This document shows, in pieces, positions 13,110-24,109 of a DNA stretch of 64,000 nt (positions are counted from its first letter, which is position 1; every line of letters begins with the position of its first letter). Under the pieces are notes generated by a model. The model was given only the letters and a program-made list of their open reading frames with translations, made no database searches and was not told the origin of the DNA. Made by a program: the position numbers and the translations under genes. This DNA is from Octopus sinensis. Lineage: Eukaryota. Where the stretch lies: contig NC_042997.1 in the NCBI RefSeq assembly GCF_006345805.1, positions 138,818,001 through 138,882,000 of the forward strand, read 5' to 3'.

Positions 13110-13990
13110 ACCGAGCCCAGATCTCAGTTTTAAAGTAGAGATAACATCAACGAAGCCCAGATCTGTTTTGCAGTAGAGACAATAACAGGAATCTCCTGAA
13201 CTCAGTATTGCAGTAGAGACTATATACGAACTAGATCTTGATCACAACAAAACACAGTATACACTGTAACAACCAGCCTGCAACCATAAGTACACTGTGA
13301 AGAGTAAAACTTCCATTTTGCGGCCATAAAACATTGTGGTTACAATAGCATTCATCACATAATCATCACGTTAAATTGTAGTCTATAGCATACATCACGT
13401 GACTAGAATTACATTATAGAGACTATAACGTCTTTCGTGATCATAACTGCATTGTAGGGACAGTAACATCTTTCGTGATCAGAACTACATTGCAGAAACT
13501 ATAACATCTTCCGTGATCACTGCTACATTGTAGAAACTATAACATCTAATGAACGATCATGATTATATTGCTGAGACTATAACATAATTTCGTGGTAATT
13601 ACCATATTCTAGAATCTATTTCATAAGGGTAACCACACTGTAACGACTATAACATCCATTACTGGATAATAACTATATTGCAGAAACTATAGCACGCTTT
13701 TCCCGATCATATGTACACTGTAGGGTCTGTAACATCTATTTTGTGATCATAGATACACTGTAAAAACTGTAACATCATTTCGGAATCATTACTGCGTTGT
13801 AGAGACTATAACAAAATTCGGTGATCTTAACTACAGTGTACAGCCATTAACATCGTTTCGTGATCATAATTATATTTGGTGAACCTTTACCACCCTTCTA
13901 ATCTTAACTACACTGTAGTGACTATAAGATCTGTCTAGTGATCATTCATACATTGTGGAAATTCTAACATGGCCATAACAACATTATGAT
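13110..13990. repeat. Degenerate minisatellite, 38-40-bp unit, ~19 units in the core
   Basis: Consensus ~TACATTGTAGAGACTATAACATCTTTCGTGATCATAAC. Unit starts at 13410, 13448, 13486, 13524, 13564, 13634, 13674, 13714, 13754, 13793, 13832, 13871, 13909. Confidence 0.85.
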
Positions 13991-15149
13991 TACAGAAACC
14001 TAGTAGACATTGTAATATCAATCTCCTGCAATACATGTACATAATTGTATATACGTTTGTTATTTGCTGAGTTACATAAACAATATTGTTACTCGTTTCG
14101 TTTTTTTAGTTTCTTTTACAAAATTGTTCCTCATTTGTAACCCCTAGTTGCTATTTTCAAAATTGTTCTTTATTCTTGTTCTGAATTAAAAACTACTTTT
14201 ATAAATTTTTAGTTTTGAGATAATATTTTTTTGTAATGAAATTCTGTTTCTTTTTCTTTCTTTTTTTTTTGTAAAATGTCAGTGCTATATGTGTTATATG
14301 CGATCCACGGCAGGATAATTTCTAGGGTTTTGATTCTTAACAAATTATGAAGAGACTGCGGCCGTCTTCACTGATTTTATCATTTCACTTGATATTTGAT
14401 AACTAAGGTATTTATTAAACAGTTACAGTCATTTATTTATTCATCTAAAGACACGTGTATGTTTTTGTAGCAGGCGGGTATCTATATGCATGGGTAATTC
14501 AATTGAAAGATTATTCATTTTTATAAATGTATGTGTGTATGTATAACTGAAAAGAATTGGAGTCAACAAGAAGGAGTACGGTTGGACATTTATTTTCAAC
14601 CACTACAATTATTTCTACGCAACGCAGTTTACCAGGCGTGCAGGTTCTTGATTATGCAACCGTTTCCCAAAATTATTAGATCTGGTTGTGTTTCCTCAGG
14701 CGATATGTAAATATTGACTCCGTAAGTTCAAATTCTCGGCTTCAAGAGCATCCTCTCTGTCTGTCGTGGCCTGAATCACAGTAGCAGAATCACCATGCCA
14801 CTGCATCTACACATTCAAAGCAGTTTGTTATCTTGGCATGGCTCGAGAAGGAAATATTATTTCTTTTTTTTTTACTCAAACATGCACACATGTACCTTTC
14901 TCTCTGCCCCATATATAGGGACAGGAAGAAAGATCTACACAATTAATAAAACCTTTCCTTTTCTGTCCTACATGTCCACTCGTAGAGCAATACAAACTTG
15001 CATATTTATTTCTTCCTTTCCCTGTTTGTTTGTTTGTTTCTTTCTTTCTTTTATCTCTTTCCCTATCTCCATCTCTAAAAATAAACAAGAAACAGCTGAC
15101 GTTGCATATGTGTGTGTGTAAGTGTGTGTTTGAGTGTATGTGTGTGTGT

Positions 15150-15320
15150 ATGTGTGTGTGTGTGTGTGTCTACTTGTCCTTGTGTTTGTACTCCACCACC
15201 AGTTGACAACCGGTGTTGGATTGTTTACGTCCCCGTAACCTAGCGGCTCGGCAAAGGAAAGCAATAGAATAAGTACTAAACGTTAAAATGAATTAGCACT
15301 GGGATCGACTTCTGTGACAA
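15150..15320 (+). mobile_element. SINE family B, 3' half
   Basis: TTGACAACCGGTGTTGG..TGTTTACGTCCCCGTAAC.TAGCGG.TCGGCAAA...ATAGAATAAGTACT, shared with 23400-23620. Confidence 0.8.
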
Positions 15321-15323
15321 AAT

Positions 15324-15912
15324 CAGAGGTTCTCAACCATTTTTTACTTATGGACTCCTTTGATTCCTGTTTTACGCGGGTGGACCCTCCTGGCCATTCG
15401 ATGTTTTAAAAAAAATCCTATTATATTTTTAGAATCAAATATTAAGAATTGTAGTAACGCAACGAGCTGGCAGAATCGTTAATCCCTTTGTCTGTCCTTG
15501 TTTGTCCCCTCTATGTTTAGCCCCTTGTGGGCAATTAAGAAACAAGGAATAAGAATCGTTAGCACACTGGACAAAATGCTTAGCGGTATTTCGCCCGTCG
15601 CTATGTTCTGAATTCAAATTCCGCCGAGGTCGACTTTGCCTTTCATCCTTTCGGGGTCGATAAATTAAGTACCAGGGAAACACTGGGGCCGACGTAATCG
15701 ACTCGTGCCGTCCCCACAAATTTGATGCCTTGTGCCTCTAGTAGACTGGATTATTAACGATTGCAGTAAAAAGAATTGTTAAAATATTATAGATATTGTG
15801 GAAGTATAACCAATTTATTGAGGATTACTTTTAACAACAAAATCTTTTATGGGGCTCCCAAGGTTAATATGGACTCCTAAAGGGTCATTTGGAACCCGGT
15901 TGAGAACCACTG
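15324..15912. mobile_element. hAT-like MITE interrupted by a SINE A insertion
   Basis: Termini CAGAGGTTCTCAACC (15324) and GGTTGAGAACCACTG (15912) are inverted repeats with 1 mismatch, of hAT/Charlie type. The 8-bp TSD is not preserved. Confidence 0.6.
15458..15765 (+). mobile_element. SINE family A with a tail-only copy nested in its head
   Basis: Head GAGCTGGCAGAATCGTT; insert 15481-15551 flanked by AGAATCGTT on both sides; body TTCAAATTCCGCCGAGGTCGACTTTGCCTTTCATCCTTTCGGGGTCGATAAATTAAGTACCAG. Confidence 0.85.
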
Positions 15913-16259
15913 GATTCAACTTTTCAAGACGGTACGCCATCATGGCATCAGTACACTGACTGAAAGAGTTAAAAGATTAAAGATACATACAACTAGATCA
16001 AGTCAGGCAGATATAAATGGATGGAGACAGGTAGATTAATTGACATATGCTAAAGATAATCCCAAGTATACGTATTTATTACACCTTGGGGTGCTTTATA
16101 TATTTTTTATTGTTCATGTGATAGCTCTGCGTAGATAGAAAACGAGATAATTTAGGAAAAAATTAAGAAAATGTCTGCTAAGTTTGCTCGTTGAGTCATA
16201 AACATGTCAAAACACTCATGCTTTGGCATCCCCTATACTATGCACATAATGATATATGT

Positions 16260-16268
16260 GTATGTATG

Positions 16269-16303
<35 letters not shown>

Positions 16304-16516
16304 TATTATATATATATATATATATACTTATACATATATATTTTTATATATCATGTAGATATATACTTATACTATATATTTTTATATATCATGTAGATGA
16401 ATGCATCTTTGTATGTATTTTGTATACCATGGAGAATTTCGTTAATATGGATTGAATGACTATATACATCGACTTCAATTTGTCTTCTCTCCCTCTCAAT
16501 ATACACACATACACAC

Positions 16517-16549
<33 letters not shown>

Positions 16550-16550
16550 G

Positions 16551-16581
<31 letters not shown>

Positions 16582-16637
16582 AAATACATACACACTCATA
16601 CAGACATATTCTAAGTGACAGGCACACACACACACAG

Positions 16638-16680
<43 letters not shown>

Positions 16681-16684
16681 GAAT

Positions 16685-16771
<87 letters not shown>

Positions 16772-16795
16772 ATATATATATATTATATATATATA

Positions 16796-16855
<60 letters not shown>

Positions 16856-17258
16856 GTATATAGGTGCAGGAGTGGCTGTGTGGTAAGTAGCTTGCTTACC
16901 AACTATATGGTTCCGGGCACAGTCCTTGGGCAAGTGTCTTCTACTATAGCCTCGGGCTAACCAAAGCTTTGTGAGTAGATTTGGTAGACTGAAAGAAGCC
17001 GGCGTATATATACATATATGTATATAAGTATGTATGTTTGTGTGTCTGTTTGTCCCGCCACCATCGCTTGACAAACAATGTTGGTGTGTTTACGTCCCCG
17101 TAACGTAGCGGTTCGGCAAAAAGAAACCGATTGAATAAGTAATAGTCTTACAAGGAATAAGTCCTGGTATCGATTCGTTCGAGTAAAGGCAGTGCTCCAG
17201 AATCACCGCAGTGACATGATTGAAACAAATATAATATATAATATATAATATGTAATAT

Positions 17259-17315
<57 letters not shown>

Positions 17316-17449
17316 CATATATATACATATATATATACATATATATATATATATATTATATATATATATATTATATATATATATATACATGTATATATAC
17401 ATACATATATGTATATATATATATATATACATACGCATATATATATGTA

Positions 17450-17480
<31 letters not shown>

Positions 17481-17544
17481 GCATATATTATATATATATA
17501 TATATATATACATACATATATATATATACGAATATATATATACA

Positions 17545-17583
<39 letters not shown>

Positions 17584-17604
17584 ACACACACACACACATA
17601 TATA

Positions 17605-17645
<41 letters not shown>
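16260..17645. repeat. Large (TA)n/(CA)n microsatellite complex flanking a SINE B
   Basis: Direct inspection. Confidence 0.9.
16859..17230 (+). mobile_element. SINE family B (tRNA-derived)
   Basis: A-box-like TGGCTGTGTGG, CCTTGGGCAAGTGTCTT, internal TA/TG microsatellite, conserved 3' half. Confidence 0.85.
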
Positions 17646-17646
<1 letters not shown>

Positions 17647-17865
17647 GTGTAAAGGTACACCTTCATAAGCAGCACCCCAGCATTTGAAGCAGAGAGTGAG
17701 TGTTTGTGGGTGTTAACTACGTAGTTAACATGTATTCGAACGTGTGAGTCTGAGACTGTATATATATCTAAGCATCCATATCATTGAACTGGTCAGCATT
17801 GGTTTCAAGAAGAAATCTATTAGAAAACGACGATAAGTATGAAAAAAAAAGGGATTGAGAGAAAA

Positions 17866-18712
17866 TATTGTGTTGGCAACTAAGTTTGCGCCGTTTTTTT
17901 CTTAATTTAAATTTTTTAAAGGTTTAATTAAAAATAACTACTAATTAATCAATAATGTATTCACCGTTGTTTACAACTTCTTCCCAACGTTCAACAAGTT
18001 TTTCAATACCTCGTTGGTAGAAATCACCCGATTTCGACTTGAAAAATTGATTCAGCCAAGCTCTCAATTCTGCATCAATATTGAACGAAACTCCGCACAT
18101 AGCATTTGAAAGAAATCGAAGGAGGTGGAAATCCGTTGGTGCCAAATCAGGAGAGTACGGTGAGTGTGGCAGCACTTCCCAGCCATACGTTTGAATGGCT
18201 TCCTTGCTCATATTGGCGATATGAAAGCGGGCGTTGTCGTGCAGCAGAAGAACTCCATGCTGCCGATTAGGTCCTTTCTCTTGAATAGCAGTGTTGAGTC
18301 GCTCCATTTGTTGAACAGAGTTCCGCGTTGACCGTTTGGTTCCGTTCAAGCAATTCGTAATGGATAATTCCTTCCCAGTCCCACCATACGCACGACATCG
18401 TTTTAAGCGGATGAAGATCTTGTTTCGCGCGCGGTGTCGCTTGTTTACCGGGGCTAAGCCATTCCTTACGCTTCTTCATATTGATATACAGGCACCTTTT
18501 TTCGTTGCCAGTAAGGATTCGGGAATGAAATCGTTGTTTGTGTCCATGAGTTGAGCGGTGACGAGCAAGCAAACCAGCGGAGACTGGAACTCGATTTTTG
18601 TTGTTGTCACTTAAAGCATGCGGAAATTACGCTCCATACTTCTGAACCTTTCCCATCGAGTGAAGATGCTTCTCTATAGCAGCGTGGGAGCATTCCATTT
18701 TCTCTGTTAGTT
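17866..18712 (-). mobile_element. Mariner transposon, 3' two-thirds, frameshifted transposase pseudogene
   Basis: TGNEK, LLLHDNAR.H, HSPYSPDLAPTDFHL and GIEKLVERWEEVV motifs. TIR TTGTGTTGGCAACTAAGTTTGCGCCGTTTT from 17868 with TA at 17866-67. 5' end missing. Confidence 0.93.
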
Positions 18713-18894
18713 CCCTTGTCGTTTCACGAGAATTTTCGTGCAAAAGTTGGTTTTGGAGGTGCGAAAAAAATAGATTCCAAAATTAAAAAAATAGAGATTC
18801 GAAATTTTAAGATTAAATCTTAAAATCTTCAGACGATGAAATTCATCCGCTCTCCAAAATTTGTTATATGTATATAATCCAACTGCAACTAATG

Positions 18895-19005
18895 GGTAAG
18901 TCATAGGGGTTAGAGTTAGAAATTAGGGTAGGGTTAGAGCAAAGGGCCCGGATGTAGGGTACGGTTTAAGGAGCAGGGTTTAGGTGTTGTGTTAGGGTTA
19001 AGTTT
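18895..19005 (+). repeat. Degenerate interstitial TTAGGG-like tract
   Basis: GGGGTTAGAGTTAG..TTAGGGTAGGGTTAGAG...GTTAGGGTTAAG. Confidence 0.5.
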
Positions 19006-19124
19006 ATGGCTTACAGTGCGTCACTTTCATTGTTAATGCTAATTTTTTCTTTCATTTTCTTTCATTGAATATCTTCACCTCTAGACGTTATTATTAACAT
19101 TTACATAATTGGTTACTCAAAAAG

Positions 19125-19520
19125 GGCGGTGTTTAGCGGCATTTCTTTCGGTTTTCCGTTCTACGTTTAAATTGTGCCGAGGTTGACTTTGCCTTTCATT
19201 GTTTTGGAGATCGATAAAATAAGTACCAGCTGAGCACCGGAGACAATGTAATCGAGTTACCTACATCCTCCGAAATTGCTCTCCTCGTACCAAAATTTGA
19301 AACCATTATTCTTATTACTACTATTAAGGCAACGTACAGGCAGAATCGGTACGGTGTCGGACAAAATGCTTAGCGGCATTTCTTCCAGTTTTACGTTCTG
19401 AGTTTAAATCCTGCCAAGGTTGATTCGGCCTTTTATCCTTTCGAATTTGATAAATTAAATATCAGTCAAGCACTGGGGTCGATGTAATCGACTAATCCCT
19501 TTCCTCAAAATTTGCAGCTT
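19125..19520 (+). mobile_element. Two diverged SINE A copies
   Basis: GAGGTTGACTTTGCCTTTCA..GATAAAATAAGTACCAG core occurs twice. Confidence 0.8.
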
Positions 19521-19764
19521 TACGCCTCATAAAAAAAATTATTAAATTCTCAAAAATATGACAAATTGTTGAGATTGTTGCAGTGTTGCTTTTCGGAAAA
19601 AGTAGAATAAAAAAAAGAAGAAGAAAAATGCAGAAACTGAAAATAGCAATTTGTATATCGTCGTGACAACGTATAGAGAACGAATGGATCAGATGGGCTA
19701 AAGTTACAAAAATTTTCACTCTATAACACTTTGTAACTTTTGTTTTTATTCTTAATACCTCAAC

Positions 19765-20575
19765 AAAGCCGGCAAGCTGGCAGAAACGTTAGCGCGTCGG
19801 GCGAAATGCTTTGTGGTATTTCGTCCGCCGTTACGTTCTGAGTTCAAATTTCGCCGAAGTTGACTTTGCCTTTCCTCCTTTCGGGGTCGATAAATTAAGT
19901 ACCAATTACGCACTGGGGCCGATGTAATCGACTTAATCCGTTTGTCTGTCCTTGTTTGTCCCCTCTATGTCTAGCCCCTTGTGAGCAATAAAGAAATAAG
20001 AAATGTTAGCGCGCCGGGCGAAATGCTTAACGATATTTCGTCTGCCGTTCTGAGTTCAAATTCCGCCGAGGTCGACTTTGCTTTTCATCCTTTCGGGGCG
20101 ATAAATTAAGTAACAATTACGCACTGGGGTCGATGTAATCGACTTAATCCCTTTGTCTGTCCTTGTTTGTCCCCTTGTGAGTAATAAAGAAATAAGAAAC
20201 GTTAGCCCACCGGATGAAATACTTAGCGGTATTTCGTCTGTTTTTACGTTCTGAATTCAAATTCCCCCGAGGTCGATTTTACTTTCCATCCTTTCGGGGT
20301 CGATAAATTAAGTACCAGCTACGTACTGGGGTCAATCTAATCTACTGGCTCCCTACCTCAAAACTTCGGGCCTTGTGCCTAGAGTAGAAAAGAATCGCTA
20401 GCACGCTGCGCAAGACGCTTAGCGGCATTTCGTCTGTCATTACGTTCTGAGTTCAAATTCCGCCGATGTCGACTTAGCATTTCATCCTTTCGAAGTCGAT
20501 AAAATAAGTACCAGTTGAATACTGAGGTCGCCCGAAATTTCAGGCTCTGTGCCTATAGTAGAAATGATTATTCGT
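19765..20575 (+). mobile_element. Head-to-tail array of four SINE A units
   Basis: One full head at ~19768. Junctions at 19999, 20195 and 20391 each restart at AGAA(A/T)(C/T)G(T/C)TAGC. Units differ in tail type. Confidence 0.88.
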
Positions 20576-20577
20576 TT

Positions 20578-20972
20578 TTAATCTAGACACAAGGCCCGAA
20601 ATTTTGGGGTAGGGGGCCAGTCGATTAGATCAACCCCGGTACACAACTGATACTTAATTTATCGACCCCGAAAGGATGAAAGGTAAAGTCGATCTCGGCG
20701 GAATTTGAACTCAGAACGTAAAGGCAGACGAAATACCTATTTCTTTACTGCCCACAAGGGGCTACACACAGAGAGGACAAACAAAGACAGACAAACGGAT
20801 TAAGTCGATAATATCAACCCCAGTGCGTAACTGGTACTTATTTAATCGACCCCGAAATGATGAAAGGCAAAGTCAACCTTGGCGAAATTTGAACTCAGAA
20901 CGTGGCGGCAGTCGAAATACTGCTAAGCATTTCGCCCGGCTTGCTTACGTTTGTCCTAGCTCGCCGCCTTAT
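20578..20972 (-). mobile_element. SINE A dimer on the minus strand
   Basis: Head TAAGGCGGCGAGCT at ~20970. The Tx1-type tail GTAAAGAAATA is joined to GGTATTTCGTCTG of a second unit at ~20737. Confidence 0.85.
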
Positions 20973-20999
20973 AGAAGAAATGATTATTATTACCTCAAC

Positions 21000-21440
21000 A
21001 AAGCTGGCGCACTGGCAGAGTCATTAGCACGTAAAACAAAATGCTTTGGGTATTTTTTCTGGCTTTACGTTTTGAGTACAAATTCCGTTAAGGACAACTT
21101 TACTTTTCATTCGTCAATAAAATAAATACTAGCTGAGCCGTGATGGTGGTGGGGGGGGGGGCGTGAGGCCGATGTAATCAACCAGACCTATAGCAGAAAG
21201 GCTTATGTGCCAACAAAAGCGGCAAGCTGATAGAATCATTAGCACGTCGGACCAAATGCTTTCTTCCGGCTTTACGTTCGGAGTTCAAATTCTGCCGAGG
21301 TCGACTTGTCTTTTTATCGTTTCGGTGTCGATAGAATACGTACCAATTGAGCATGTAATCATCTAGGCCCTTCCCTCAAAATCATATAATCATCTAGCCC
21401 TTTCCCTCAAAATTTTAGGCCTTGTGTCTATAGCAGAGTG
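21000..21440 (+). mobile_element. Two diverged SINE A copies
   Basis: GCTGGC..AGA.TCATTAGCACG heads and the conserved core. Confidence 0.75.
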
Positions 21441-21478
21441 AATTTTTATTAATGTCTCGAAAAATAAAAGATAAATAA

Positions 21479-21539
21479 CTAGTGGTTAAGATTCCTGGTT
21501 CTCACCCAGATGGCCCAGGTCCGATTCCCGGCGGAGGAA
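21479..21539 (+). pseudogene. 5'-truncated tRNA-Glu(CTC)-like pseudogene
   Basis: TAGTGGTTAAGATTCCTGG-TTCTCAC-CCAGATGGCCCAGGTCCGATTCCCGG..GGAA closely resembles metazoan tRNA-Glu. The acceptor 5' strand is absent and the T-loop is mutated. Confidence 0.7.
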
Positions 21540-21569
21540 CTGGTTAACGAGGCGCAGGCATGGCTAGGT

Positions 21570-22165
21570 TAGTTAGTTAGTTAGTTAATTTGGCTCAAAA
21601 GCAAATAGCAAGGCCATGTAGGGGGACATGGAGTTAAGTACAGGGTGGTGTTCATGTAAAGAGTTCCACGGATCCGCAACCCGGACGGAGAAAGCTCCTC
21701 TCCTTCGATTGAGATGAAATCGACGCAGGTAGAGCTTTTCGGAATGATCCCGCAGCCGACGCTCTGGAGCAGGAGTGAAGAACAGCTCTTTCGAGAGGTT
21801 ACACTTTCCGCTTATGATGTTGTGGGCGAGAATGAGATCACCACGGCGGCGGCGTTTTTCAAGAGAATAAAGGTCGAGCGTCCTCAGCCTTTCTTCGTAG
21901 GACAAATTTTTGAGACCATGAACCATGCGGGTAGCCAGCTTCTGGACTCTTTCGAGATGCTGTATGTCTTTGAAGAGATAAGGAGAAGAGGCTTGAATCC
22001 CATACTCCAATATGGGTCTCACCAGCGTGGCATAGAGTGGTAGGAATATGGCTGCTGTGAGCATTCCGAATGACCGTCGAATCAAGAACAGAATTCCGCG
22101 TGCTTTGTTGGCAGCATGGACGCACTGGGCCGAAGGCGAAAAGGAGGAATCCACCAAGATACCTA
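21570..22165 (-). mobile_element. CR1-clade LINE, 5'-truncated 3' end with (TAAC)n tail
   Basis: LGILVDSSFSPSAQC..AANKARGIL..IRRSF, LYATLVRPILEYG, LERVQKLATRMV, SYEERL..L.LYSLEKRRRRGDLI. Tail at 21570-21590. Confidence 0.92.
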
Positions 22166-22182
22166 ATAAGGTACCTAATAGG

Positions 22183-22570
22183 TAATAAGAAGCTTGCTTT
22201 CCAACCACATGGTTCCGGGTTCAGTCCCACTGCGTGGCACCTTGTGTTAGTGTCTTCTATTGTGAGTGGATTTGATAGACGGAAACTGAAAGGGGCTTAC
22301 CGTATGTCTATCTATATTTGTGGGTATATATTAATGTCTGTGTGCCTTTGTGTTTGTCACCCCGCTCCATCGCTTGACAACCGATGCTGGCGTGTTTACG
22401 TCTCCGTAATTTAGCAGTTCAGCAAAAGAGACCGATAGTAAAAGCACTGTGCTTACAAAGAATAAGTCCTGGGATCAATTTCTCCGGTCAAAAAACCCTT
22501 TAAAGCGGTGCTCCAACATGGTCGCAGTCAAATAACCGAAACAAGTGAAAGAATAGAAAAAATAAAAGAA
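22183..22570 (+). mobile_element. SINE family B, 5'-truncated
   Basis: GGTTCCGGGTTCAGTCCCACTGCGTGGCACCTTG plus the conserved 3' half. Confidence 0.85.
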
Positions 22571-23208
22571 GTAAATAAAAATGTAATTATTGTAAAACTA
22601 CACATGTCTAGAAATTTCCATTGAAATAGAATACTGTGTGCCAGACAGAAAATATTTTACAACGTTTGAAAAAAAAAAGAGATTTGTCACGAAATGAATG
22701 TCTTTTGAATACAAGTCTGCTTGATTAGAGTAGATCTGCGTTTAAAGAACAACAAATTCGCCGAAATATAATTTTTGGCTTCACTTTTACATAAGATGTT
22801 GGAGAATTAAGTAAAGCCTCTTCTCCGAAGATTCCTGATAATAATTGTTGGTCAATCGCAATCGCAAACGTTCCACAAATGTACATCAAACGTCGACTTT
22901 TCTTATTCGATGAGAAGTCTATTTGCATTCAAATTTTTATCACTGTTCTTCCATCTTAAGTAAATTACATTTCAATCAGTACAAGAAAGTTTCGCAAAAT
23001 AAATGCGTCTTCATGTTATTGTTGTTGTTATTGTCGTTAAGCCTAAGTCAGCGCTGATTAAGCAGTACCTGCAATGAAAATCGTTCAAACTGTAACTACC
23101 TCGGTTTTATATTTAGACAGTGTTCAACATGTTTTTAACACTTCAAGACACTGGAGTGTGGTTTTGAGAGATATTTGGCTGCTATTTCTAGCAGATCAGG
23201 CTGCTATA

Positions 23209-23622
23209 GGCGCAGGAGTGGCTGTGTGGTAAGTAGCTTGCTAACCAACCACATGGTTCCGGGTTCAGTCCCACTGCGTGGCACCTTGGGCAAGTGTCTT
23301 CTGCTATAGCCCCGGGCTGACCAATGCCTTGTGAGTGGATTTGGTTGACGGAAACTGAAAGAAGCCCGTCGTATATATGTATATATATATGTGTGTGCGT
23401 GTATGTTTGTGTGTCCGTGTTTGTCCCCCTAGCATTGCTTGACAACCGATGCTGGTGTGTTTACGTCCCCGTTACTTAGCGGTTCGGCAAAAGAGACCGA
23501 TAGAATAAGTACTGGGCTTACAAAAGAATAAGTCCCGGGGTCGAGTTGCTCGATTAAAGGCGGTGCTCCAGCATGGCCGCAGTCAAATGACTGAAACAAG
23601 TAAAAGAGTAAAACAGTAAAGA
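23209..23622 (+). mobile_element. SINE family B, most complete copy
   Basis: A-box TGGCTGTGTGG, B-box GGTTCAGTCCC (23262-72), CORE-like CACCTTGGGCAAGTG, internal (TA)/(TG) repeat, tail TAAAAGAGTAAAACAGTAAAGAG. Confidence 0.9.
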
Positions 23623-24109
23623 GATCAAGCAACCGCGTGGAAGATCCTCCCTTGGTTCGTGAGGCAGTTTAGATGGAGGAATCTAGCTGGAAGATTGGAA
23701 TTTTAGTTGAATCTTGGACAAATAATATAAAGGTTGTGGAGTTTGATATGAGCTTTAAAATAAACAACTGACAAACTAAATATGGAATACAAAGAAAAGA
23801 ATTTAAATGATAATTGGAATATCACGGAACACTGTAGATTAGATACACATCACAGTAAGATGTTATAAACAATTTTTTACAATACTGAGGTACAATGACA
23901 GTGTTAAAACAGCAAATAAACTCACAACCGAGAGAGTAAAAGTGAAAAGTTTGACCTAGTTTTCGGAATGTGAGGTGCAGCTGAACAAGCCATTAGGGTG
24001 CCAGATGTTTATGTTCTGTCACAAGCGACCTGCAGTGAACCTGTCTAAGACACTTAGTTTTCTTTGGATTAACTCATCTTGCTGTAAACAGATATCATAA
24101 GTAAAACGA

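Noticed and set aside
13260-13990. CRISPR-like array
   Set aside because: Whole units are diverged copies of each other with no constant repeat and unique spacer structure, in a eukaryotic context with no cas genes.
14686-14727. Possible 22-nt micro-exon (TTTCCTCAG...GTAAGT)
   Set aside because: Good-looking splice signals occur by chance in 64 kb; no supporting neighbouring exons.
23209-23290. Functional tRNA genes in SINE heads (also 39818, 57414, 58490)
   Set aside because: A and B boxes are present but there is no complete cloverleaf, and each continues into a repeat body.
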